A program made the translations under genes and the position numbers. Shown here one piece after another: positions 56,553-64,000 of a DNA stretch of 64,000 nt (position 1 is its first letter; every line of letters begins with the position of its first letter). Below the pieces are notes generated by a model. That model was not told the origin of the DNA. It was given only the letters and a program-made list of their open reading frames with translations, and ran no database searches. This DNA is from an uncultured Candidatus Saccharibacteria bacterium (GTDB lineage Bacteria; Patescibacteriota; Minisyncoccia; Phycocordibacterales; Phycocordibacteraceae): assembly GCA_964398815.1 (NCBI GenBank), contig CAYNNZ010000002.1, positions 207 through 64,206 of the forward strand, read 5' to 3'.

Positions 56553-57907
56553 CCGCCCGCTAGTGTATCGATATCGTTCTGGAAGGTAGAGGCCTTATCC
56601 ATCACACTGTTTGCATATGCTTGGCCTGAAGATGCCCATGCACCGCCAGCGTAGTACTTAGCAGCTGCCGTATGCTCTGCGGCGTAGTTTCCACCTCCCC
56701 CACCTACAGCTCCAAGATAGAGGCCTGTTGCAACAATGGCGTGGAGTGGATTCCATGGGTCCGTTGCGGCGACCCCAAGTGCACTCTTAATGCGTGATTC
56801 GAAGGAGAGCCAAGTTGAAGGAATGAACTGGGTTGGACCCATTGCGCCGCCGTAGCCGCCGGGCTGCGGACAGGAGACTGGCGTAGTGGACCAGTCGCGA
56901 CCAAGTGCATCCATGATTGCTTTAAACGGAACGGTGTCGCGTGGCACCTTCATGATTCCTGAGAATGGTGTTCCGGTGTTCTTTCCCTTTCCGTCTCCCG
57001 TCGTAAGGTCGGTAACCAAACACTGGCCAACGTTTGCACCGAGATCTGTTTCCTGCGAAAGAATGGCGAGAATGAACGCTGCGCGTACGCCCGTGATGCG
57101 TGAAGCGGTCTTTGCGTACTCAATAGCAGTTGGAAGCGGAATCTTTCCAGCACCTCCGGCGAGTCCGAAGAGCTCTGCACGAATCTGACCCGCAGTCTTT
57201 TGTTTCGTCGCAACAATCTGCTGATACTTACTCTCCTCTCCCTTGGTAACCCTTAGGAGATCCTGCTTCGCTTGCTGTTGCTGTTGTACCTTCGCCTTAG
57301 CAGCCAGTTGTAGTTGCGCTACGTCCTGCTGTTGTTTGCGCTGTGCTTCGAGTGCAGACTTTTCACTTTCCGTTTGTAGTTTAGTACCCGTGATCTCTTC
57401 GTATGAATCCCCGAGTGCTTGCTTCACGAACACGTATGAGTCGAGATCACCGAGTAGTGTTGAAATATCTTCTGCGGAGAATGCAAGTTCAACGAGTGAC
57501 ATGGTGTCAATCTCATTGGTACGTCTTAAAATTTGTGCAAGAGACTCTTTCTCATTTTGTAGCTTCTCCGAAAGCGTACTGATGGTGCGCTGATGCACGG
57601 TGATATTGGAATCGAGTTGTTTGATAGCTACCTGCGTCGCCTGCACCTGGAGCTGCGCTTTTTTAATTTGCGCATTGAGCGTCGTCACTTCACTAGAAAG
57701 AGATTTACCCTGTGCGGAAAGTTTTTCGACCACTGCCTGGTTTTCTGCAATCTCTTTCTCGAGCTGATTCAGCTCATTCTGAAGTTGAGTGCGCCGCTCG
57801 TCAGAGATGCTCTGAGCGAAAATGAGGTGAGGAACTACCGCTCCCGCCAGCAAAACGAGAGACGTGAGGAGTACTGCGAGCGCACCGAGAGAAAACCGCA
57901 AACGCAT
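56549..57907 (-). CDS. secreted coiled-coil lytic transglycosylase-like protein, paralog 2
   Basis: Collinear paralog of 44690..46036 (MRLRFSL... N-terminus, same ES / GAMGPTQFIPSTW / YYAGG motifs). Confidence 0.7.
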   Translation of the reverse strand: MRLRFSLGALAVLLTSLVLLAGAVVPHLIFAQSISDERRTQLQNELNQLEKEIAENQAVVEKLSAQGKSLSSEVTTLNAQIKKAQLQVQATQVAIKQLDSNITVHQRTISTLSEKLQNEKESLAQILRRTNEIDTMSLVELAFSAEDISTLLGDLDSYVFVKQALGDSYEEITGTKLQTESEKSALEAQRKQQQDVAQLQLAAKAKVQQQQQAKQDLLRVTKGEESKYQQIVATKQKTAGQIRAELFGLAGGAGKIPLPTAIEYAKTASRITGVRAAFILAILSQETDLGANVGQCLVTDLTTGDGKGKNTGTPFSGIMKVPRDTVPFKAIMDALGRDWSTTPVSCPQPGGYGGAMGPTQFIPSTWLSFESRIKSALGVAATDPWNPLHAIVATGLYLGAVGGGGGNYAAEHTAAAKYYAGGAWASSGQAYANSVMDKASTFQNDIDTLAGG

Positions 57908-57934
57908 ACTATTGTTTCAAGTATATCAGACGGA

Positions 57935-57969
57935 CAAAGCGCCGATCTCTTTCGAAATCGGCGCTTTGT
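57935..57969 (-). terminator. Rho-independent terminator downstream of rplY copy 2
   Basis: caaagcgccgat-ctctttcgaa-atcggcgctttg. Confidence 0.5.
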
Positions 57970-57986
57970 GACGCACAAAAGGGGTT

Positions 57987-58631
57987 TTATTCAGCTTCTG
58001 CTGCGCCCTCTTCCTCACTCTTACCCTTACCTTCGACTTCAATAGCGTCCATATCTGGAGCTGCTGAGTCTTCTTCCTTCTCTTCCTCAATAGCCTGCGT
58101 GAGGGCAACGACTTCTTCGCCATCTGCCTTAACGGTAACCCCAGCTGGGATCTTAAGGTCAGATACGTGGATCTGGTCACCAAGCTCTGCGAGACCGGAA
58201 ATATCAACCTCGATGTGCTGTGGAAGATTTGCTGCGTCAGCTTCGATATCGAGCTCATGCATAACCTTAACAAGGTTTGCGCCCGCCTTAACCGCTGGTG
58301 ACTCACCGGTAAACTCAAGAGGTACGGCAATTTCAACCTTTGCACCCTTCTCGATAGCGTAGAGGTCGGCATGACGAGGGATGCTGGTTACGGGATCGTA
58401 GTCAACATCATGGATAAGAACCTGGAGGTCCTTACCAATACCCGCGAGGGCGAGCACAGACGACTCACCCGCATCACGGAGAATCTTTTTGAACTCAGCG
58501 AGCTCAAGGGAAATGGTGGTCGACTCCTGCTTTGGTCCGTAGACCACCGCTGGAATACGGCCTTCTGCGGAAAGAGAGCGGCCGGCGTGCTTGCCGGTCT
58601 CGGTTCGGGTTTGTGCGTTTAGCGTAAACAT
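57987..58631 (-). CDS. rplY: 50S ribosomal protein L25 / Ctc, copy 2
   Basis: MFTLNAQTRTETGKHAGRSLSAEGRIPAVVYG... Start at the internal Met of the track ORF, aligned to copy 1. Confidence 0.8.
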   Translation of the reverse strand: MFTLNAQTRTETGKHAGRSLSAEGRIPAVVYGPKQESTTISLELAEFKKILRDAGESSVLALAGIGKDLQVLIHDVDYDPVTSIPRHADLYAIEKGAKVEIAVPLEFTGESPAVKAGANLVKVMHELDIEADAANLPQHIEVDISGLAELGDQIHVSDLKIPAGVTVKADGEEVVALTQAIEEEKEEDSAAPDMDAIEVEGKGKSEEEGAAEAE

Positions 58632-58685
58632 ATATAGGTAGTGATACCTGGCGAGTATGCCTGAAAAGCCCCTGAATGGCAAGAA

Positions 58686-59684
58686 CTAGGCCGTAAGTGC
58701 CTCAGATACCTTCTGTAAACGCTCGAGAAAGACTGCGCGGGCTGCCTCTACGTTCTTAGGCTGTCCCTTCCAGGTGTTGAGAGCTTCTTCTTGTACCGCG
58801 CGGGCGAAGGAGAAAGTGATGGGCCAAGGGGCTCCTTTGGACTTTGCCACCTTTGCAATTGCCCGGAGATTCTCAGTTGCCTGGTCCGGCCCCTGTCCTC
58901 CCGATAGAAATACGATACCGGCAAGACTGGCGGGGACCGTCTCCATGAGCGCGGCAACCGTATCCTCGGCCACTTCTTCTGGAGTATCCATACGTCCACT
59001 CTCACGTCCTGAGAGTGCCATCGCAGTTTTAAGAACGGTACCCGAGAGGTCTACCGCATGATCGTTCATCGCTGCAAAGACACTCTGCATGGTTGCTTCG
59101 ATAACCGTCCTGGCACGTACACGACTATGTGTGCCTGAATACATAACTTCAGGTTCGATAATAGGCACCATTGATACTTCCTGAGCATCACGCGCATAGA
59201 CGGCAAGACGACGCGAGTTTTCGACAAGGGCTTGCGCTGTTGGAAGTCTATCGCCTTCAATCGTTACCACCGCACGCCACTTTGTGAAGCCGGTATTGTA
59301 GTCCTGATTGTATCCACTCAATCGATCACATAGTCCGAGCACTCCTTTGGTAATGAGCTCATCGGGGCTCTCTGGAAAGGGCTCAGTTCCTTCATCTACT
59401 TTGACGCCAGGAATGATACCTCTCTCCGAGAGAGAGACGGAGAACAGCTTCTTGTCACTTCCCTTCTGTGGAAGCTGTTCAGTATTGAGAATCGCTCCAG
59501 AAAGATATTGTTCAACGCCTGGAGCCGTTAAGTAGAGGTCATGGAACTTACGACGCATCTCTTCGGATGTCTCGATGCCATGATCGATAAGACGTTTATC
59601 TGCGGTGTGGGAACTTTCGTCAGCGGCCAATAACCCTTTTCCCGGGGCAAAGAGGCGCGCTGCTACTGCTGAAAGATCGGTCAT
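58686..59684 (-). CDS. fba: fructose-bisphosphate aldolase class I, copy 2
   Basis: MTDLSAVAARLFAPGKGLLAADESSHT... Start at the internal Met aligned to copy 1. Confidence 0.85.
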   Translation of the reverse strand: MTDLSAVAARLFAPGKGLLAADESSHTADKRLIDHGIETSEEMRRKFHDLYLTAPGVEQYLSGAILNTEQLPQKGSDKKLFSVSLSERGIIPGVKVDEGTEPFPESPDELITKGVLGLCDRLSGYNQDYNTGFTKWRAVVTIEGDRLPTAQALVENSRRLAVYARDAQEVSMVPIIEPEVMYSGTHSRVRARTVIEATMQSVFAAMNDHAVDLSGTVLKTAMALSGRESGRMDTPEEVAEDTVAALMETVPASLAGIVFLSGGQGPDQATENLRAIAKVAKSKGAPWPITFSFARAVQEEALNTWKGQPKNVEAARAVFLERLQKVSEALTA

Positions 59685-59708
59685 ACCCGTATGGTAGCAT
59701 GGCCGCAT

Positions 59709-60704
59709 ATGGCTCAATTGGATTTTCTCGCTGTTGGCGACATCGTTACGGAACCCTTTATCAAACTAAAGGATGCGCAGCTACACTGCACCATTAATAC
59801 GGACACCTGTGAGATTTGTATGCGTTTTGGAGACAAGATCCCCTACGAAAGCGCGACGGTATGCGTTGCCGTAGGTAACGCTGCAAATGCTGCGGTCTCT
59901 GCTGCTCGTCTAGGACTCTCATCGGCACTTCGTGCGTATGTCGGGGATGACGAATACGGTCCTCCCTGTATTGCACAGCTAGAAAAAGAGGGTGTGTCAA
60001 CGGAATTTATGGTTACTGAACCAGGTAAACATTCCAACTATCACTATGTGCTGTGGTACGAAAACGACCGCACCATTCTCGTGAAGCACGAAGACTTTAC
60101 GTACACGGTTCCCGAGATTACTGAAGCACCCAAGTGGCTCTACCTCTCGTCCCTTGCTGACAAGTCCCTCCCGTATCATCAAGCGTGGCTCACCTGGTTG
60201 AATGAACATCCAGAAACAAAGCTTGTATTCCAGCCCGGTACGTTCCAGATGAAGCTTGGTGTTGAAGCACTCAAGGGTCTCTACGAGCGAAGCGAAGTAT
60301 ATGTGGTTAACCGTGACGAAGCTGCTCGTATTCTTGGTACTGATCGAGATGATGTTAAAGGACTACTCGATGGTCTTCATGCACTTGGTCCAAAGATAGT
60401 GATTGTCACTGATAACACTAATGGCGCGTACGCGTCGGACGGCACCCAACAGGTACATGTTCCTATGTATCCCGACCAACCAGCAGCGTTCGAGCGCACA
60501 GGTGCAGGTGACGCCTTTGCATCCACCTTTGCGAGTGCACTAGCTCTCGGAAAGACCTTCGAAGAAGCGCTTCTGTGGTCGCCTATTAACTCCATGTCAG
60601 TAGTGCAGCAGGTAGGAGCACAACAGGGTCTTCTCTCGCGTGAAGCGCTCGAAGCATTTCTTGCCAAAGCACCGCCCCACTACCGCATCGAGCCAATATC
60701 GTAG
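59709..60704 (+). CDS. PfkB-family carbohydrate kinase (ribokinase/fructokinase-like)
   Basis: N-terminal FLAVGDIV...; C-terminal TGAGDAFASTFASAL (PfkB signature 2). An alternative start at 59691 is possible. Confidence 0.75.
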   Translation: MAQLDFLAVGDIVTEPFIKLKDAQLHCTINTDTCEICMRFGDKIPYESATVCVAVGNAANAAVSAARLGLSSALRAYVGDDEYGPPCIAQLEKEGVSTEFMVTEPGKHSNYHYVLWYENDRTILVKHEDFTYTVPEITEAPKWLYLSSLADKSLPYHQAWLTWLNEHPETKLVFQPGTFQMKLGVEALKGLYERSEVYVVNRDEAARILGTDRDDVKGLLDGLHALGPKIVIVTDNTNGAYASDGTQQVHVPMYPDQPAAFERTGAGDAFASTFASALALGKTFEEALLWSPINSMSVVQQVGAQQGLLSREALEAFLAKAPPHYRIEPIS

Positions 60705-60846
60705 GCGCTCGCGCTTGCAAACGTTGCAAACGGAACTTCTATAGCAATGTGCAATATGAAAAGAGCGGCAAGACTGCTCACAATAGTCACAATCAACATC
60801 CCAACATAGGTGTTTACCTCAATGTTTCGTGATCGAATGTTTGGCT

Positions 60847-61830
60847 TCATGGAATGAACTTGCGCACGGTGTCTGCAATAGCAGGAGCTGAGAGACCATA
60901 GTGCTGAATGAGTTCGTCTGGCTCACCTGACTGACCGAACTCATCGTTCATACCAATGCGTTTAATTGGCACTGGATAGCGCTCAGAGAGAAGCTCGGCT
61001 ACCGCACTACCCATACCACCAGCAATTTGATGTTCTTCAACAGTTACAACACGTCCACAGGCTTTAGCTGCCGCAATGAGAGGTTCCGTATCAAGCGGCT
61101 TAATGGTGTGCAGGTTAATGACGATTGAACCGATACCATCACTTTCAAGTGCACGAGCAGCGACGAGTGCGTTATATACCAAACTGCCAGTCGCAATAAT
61201 CGCGACCTTTGGCTTATCTGATGTCCAGAGAGTAATTGCTTTTCCGATTTCAAAAGGAGTCTCTGATGTTGTGAAAAGGGGTGTACCTGCCCTACCGAAC
61301 CTAATATAGGTAGGATCATTTGTTTTAGCTGCGGCAACAACCGCCTTACGACCCTCTTCAGCGTCAGCGGGGTTTATGACGACCATATTTGGAAGCATGC
61401 GCATAAGCCCAATGTCTTCGAGCATTTGATGTGTTGCACCGTCAGGACCCACGGAAACGCCTGCATGCATTCCACCAATCTTTACAGGTGTCTCATTAAG
61501 AGCAACGGTGGTACGAATTTGTTCGTAGTTACGACCGGGTGAGAAAGCCGCATAGGACGCGATGAATGGAATCTTTCCTATGGCTGCAAATCCAGCGGCT
61601 GTTGCTGCCATGTTCTGCTCAGCGACTCCCATTTCAATAAATCGGTCAGGGAATTCTTTCTGGAACCACTCAGCGCGGGTACTTTCCGCAAGGTCAGCAC
61701 AAAGCACCACAATGTTTGGATTCGCCTTCCCTGCTTCTACGGTACCGAGACCGAACCCATCTCGAGTTGGTTTCTTTTCAATGTCTTTATCAAAGAGATT
61801 GTCTTTGAGTTTTATGTCGGGATTAATCAT
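60847..61830 (-). CDS. tktB: transketolase, C-terminal (pyrimidine-binding) subunit
   Basis: Split-transketolase organisation. ATGA overlap with the N-terminal subunit gene. Motifs ...GPDGATHQ... Confidence 0.85.
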   Translation of the reverse strand: MINPDIKLKDNLFDKDIEKKPTRDGFGLGTVEAGKANPNIVVLCADLAESTRAEWFQKEFPDRFIEMGVAEQNMAATAAGFAAIGKIPFIASYAAFSPGRNYEQIRTTVALNETPVKIGGMHAGVSVGPDGATHQMLEDIGLMRMLPNMVVINPADAEEGRKAVVAAAKTNDPTYIRFGRAGTPLFTTSETPFEIGKAITLWTSDKPKVAIIATGSLVYNALVAARALESDGIGSIVINLHTIKPLDTEPLIAAAKACGRVVTVEEHQIAGGMGSAVAELLSERYPVPIKRIGMNDEFGQSGEPDELIQHYGLSAPAIADTVRKFIP

Positions 61831-62690
61831 GAATATTCGTGCGGTACTTTTCCTCCCATCGTGCGGATCTCCTTCAAGAACTTCTTAGCCTCTTCCTTGG
61901 TGGGTGGTTTCCCGTGCCAGTGATAATCAAACTCAATCTCAGGAACTCCCTTACCTGGGATGGTGTGCGCAATGATTACCGTGGGTTTCTCGTAGATTGC
62001 TTTTGCTTCTTCAATTGCATCCACAAACTGACGGATGTTATGTCCGTCCACTTCAAGTACATGCCAATTAAACGCTTCGTATTTTTCCTTGAGGGAATCG
62101 AGCGGCATGATGTCTTCTGTCATTCCGTCGATCTGAATATTATTACGATCAATTACTGCAGTTAGGTTCGAAAGCTTATTCTTTCCGATCCACATCACTG
62201 CCTCCCAGATAATGCCTTCATCCTGTTCCCCATCCCCCATGAGGCAGTAGATCTGGTTGCGCTTCCCGTCCATGCGCAGTGCATACGCCATTCCTCCTGC
62301 TTGGGGCAAACCCTCCCCAAGAGGTCCCGACGTTGTTTCGATACCTGGCAGGCGTGTACGTTCTGGATGTCCCTGTAGACGTGTACCGAACTTGCGAAGC
62401 GTTAACGTTTCTTCCACGGGAAAGTACCCAGCGTGTGCCATGGCTGCGTAGCGAACAGGCGTGATATGACCGTTGCTCAGGATAAGTCGATCCCGATCTT
62501 CCCAGTCCGGTTTCTTTGGATTGTGATTGAGAATATGGAAATAGAAGGCAGCAAAGATATCAGCCATCCCAAGAGGACCGGCAGTGTGACCTGAACCTGC
62601 TGAAACGAGCATAGTGATGATCGTCTCGCGTATTGCAAGTCCCTTCCTTTCTATTTCCTGTACCTGCTCGTCGGTGAGCGACATGCACAC
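61827..62690 (-). CDS. tktA: transketolase, N-terminal (TPP-binding) subunit
   Basis: GHITPVRYAAMA...CLMGDGEQDEGIIWEA TPP-binding motifs. Confidence 0.85.
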   Translation of the reverse strand: MCMSLTDEQVQEIERKGLAIRETIITMLVSAGSGHTAGPLGMADIFAAFYFHILNHNPKKPDWEDRDRLILSNGHITPVRYAAMAHAGYFPVEETLTLRKFGTRLQGHPERTRLPGIETTSGPLGEGLPQAGGMAYALRMDGKRNQIYCLMGDGEQDEGIIWEAVMWIGKNKLSNLTAVIDRNNIQIDGMTEDIMPLDSLKEKYEAFNWHVLEVDGHNIRQFVDAIEEAKAIYEKPTVIIAHTIPGKGVPEIEFDYHWHGKPPTKEEAKKFLKEIRTMGGKVPHEYS

Positions 62691-62703
62691 AGAATATCAC
62701 GCG

Positions 62704-63411
62704 CTACTCGTACAATCCGTGTGTTTCAGTGAGAGCCACTAGTCTTTCGTATTCTTCCTTCACGTTGGCTGAATTCCAAATACTGGACCCTACAATAAGT
62801 CGGGACACGCCTGCTTTAAGGAGTAGTTCTGCAGATTCGTGGTGTATGCCCCCATCAACTTGAATGGGGATGTCGCGGTGCCTCTTACGAAATACCGCTA
62901 TCTTATTTAAAACCTCTGTAGCAAACGGCTGGCCTTGTACGCCGATGTGCTTAATTCCCATGAACTGGACGAAGTCGACGTCGTTCAAATACGGCTCTAT
63001 CAACTCCAAATTCGTGTCTATCTGCACTGATATACCGAAAGCCAAAAGCTCCGTAGCAAATCCTTTCTCGTGTCCGTACTTCACTTTGAGATCCGTAACG
63101 AGCTGAGGTAGGTAGGTAGTACTTTCAAAGTGAGCGATGATCCGACTCGCTCCTGCGGCAATCCACGTACCCGTTACCTGTTCTGGGTCACGCACCATAA
63201 GATCCATTTCAAAACGGAAGTCTCCCAGAAACGGGAGCATCGCTTCAGCTACGAACGATGCACTATCTACGTACGGCCATGAGGCAGGAGCTGCAAACTT
63301 ACCATCGACAATATCAATCTGTACCTCGGTTGCGATTCCTTTGAGACGTGCAAGTTTCTCCTCGAGATCGCGCTTCGAGGTGGGAATGATGGCAGGCACG
63401 ATGATGCCCAT
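62704..63411 (-). CDS. rpe: ribulose-phosphate 3-epimerase-like (beta/alpha)8 barrel enzyme
   Basis: IDIVDGKFA... and the C-terminal IQVDGGI...AGVSRLIVGSSIW pattern typical of Rpe. Family assignment is moderately certain. Confidence 0.65.
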   Translation of the reverse strand: MGIIVPAIIPTSKRDLEEKLARLKGIATEVQIDIVDGKFAAPASWPYVDSASFVAEAMLPFLGDFRFEMDLMVRDPEQVTGTWIAAGASRIIAHFESTTYLPQLVTDLKVKYGHEKGFATELLAFGISVQIDTNLELIEPYLNDVDFVQFMGIKHIGVQGQPFATEVLNKIAVFRKRHRDIPIQVDGGIHHESAELLLKAGVSRLIVGSSIWNSANVKEEYERLVALTETHGLYE

Positions 63412-63465
63412 ATATATAAAGGATACACCCCTACCTGTGGCTAGGTAGCAACCCCGGGGATAGTT

Positions 63466-63951
63466 CTAAAACTTTGCGAGCCTTCGGGCGTGCCGTTCGT
63501 TCTCCGTATCAAAAGGTGTGGAAAGGAAGATACGTACCGCCTCATCGGCATCAGTGGGAGATACGAAGCGCGCACCAATAGAAAGAACGTTTGCATGATT
63601 GTGCTTGCGAGCGAGACGAATGATATCGAAGCCATCTTCAGAATGTCCCCCTTCGGCATCGAGTGTCTCCAGTGCGGGTTCTTTACCGTAGAACACTGCA
63701 GCGCGTACTCCCTTTACTCGATTAGCGCACATTGCTTCTCCCTGACCGCTTCCGGCAAGAATAATTCCGACCGAGTCAGGATTTGCAGCAACCCTCTCTG
63801 CAAGTTGGGTCACGAAGTCTGGGTAATCATCATTGGGATCCAGTTCGTGTGGACCGAGGTCCTCTATGTCATGTCCGAGCATAGGAAGATGCTCAATAAG
63901 TGCTGATTTTAAACGAAACCCTGCGTGGTCACCGGCGAGATAGATTTTCAT
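63466..63951 (-). CDS. rpiB: ribose-5-phosphate isomerase B
   Basis: MKIYLAGDHAGFRLK...ILAGSGQGEAMCANRVKGVRAA, the RpiB/LacAB family pattern. Confidence 0.85.
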   Translation of the reverse strand: MKIYLAGDHAGFRLKSALIEHLPMLGHDIEDLGPHELDPNDDYPDFVTQLAERVAANPDSVGIILAGSGQGEAMCANRVKGVRAAVFYGKEPALETLDAEGGHSEDGFDIIRLARKHNHANVLSIGARFVSPTDADEAVRIFLSTPFDTENERHARRLAKF

Positions 63952-64000
63952 GCAGGCAGTATCGACCGTTACGTCTGTATCTAGGATGAAGCCTGTCCAG

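Overview
This 64-kb window from a compact, high-GC bacterial genome is almost fully coding and mostly holds housekeeping genes. These are: rpoC (partial) and rpoB; a remodelled rpsP / KH-protein / trmD cluster; rnr, gdh, a short smc-like gene, rnc, a nusB-NUDIX fusion and rpmF; rnhB, dnaE, thrS, gyrB, folB, a pheS-like gene, a GT2 glycosyltransferase and tRNA-Thr(TGT); an HNH endonuclease, tsf, rpsB, prfA and rpmE; two paralogous blocks of lytic transglycosylase / rplY / class I fba; and a pentose-phosphate cluster (PfkB kinase, split transketolase, rpe, rpiB). Several traits suggest a CPR/Patescibacteria-like lineage, but that is inference only. The supporting traits are short RpoB, ThrRS and SMC proteins, split transketolase, Lys- or Ala/Glu-rich tails on L32 and S16, a leaderless promoter and giant surface proteins. 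The most unusual content falls into six groups. (1) A cell-surface locus: a sortase, a Cys-rich secreted protein, and a 1588-aa protein carrying 15 tandem Cys-bracketed Ig-like repeats, a poly-Pro tract and an internal LPYTG-TM motif followed by a ~270-aa cytoplasmic tail, with a 39-aa hydrophobic peptide gene downstream. (2) A second operon encoding a surface protein plus a ~1528-aa CARDB/PKD-repeat giant protein, and a separate CARDB protein with perfect 93-bp tandem repeats. (3) A family of about five ~80-90 bp structured intergenic repeats whose stems show compensatory base changes; one copy is absent from the paralogous locus, which makes them REP/MITE-like or small-RNA candidates. (4) A PheS fused to a PheT-type FDX-ACB anticodon-binding domain, i.e. 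a mitochondrial-like single-chain PheRS candidate. (5) A diverged 3.2-kb segmental duplication that coincides with a drop in GC over the last ~16 kb. (6) A possible ~340-nt ncRNA with its own terminator between rpmF and rnhB, and a small three-gene cassette of unknown function between dnaE and thrS. No CRISPR array, rRNA or classical IS element was seen. All calls are by eye from the sequence and the ORF track.
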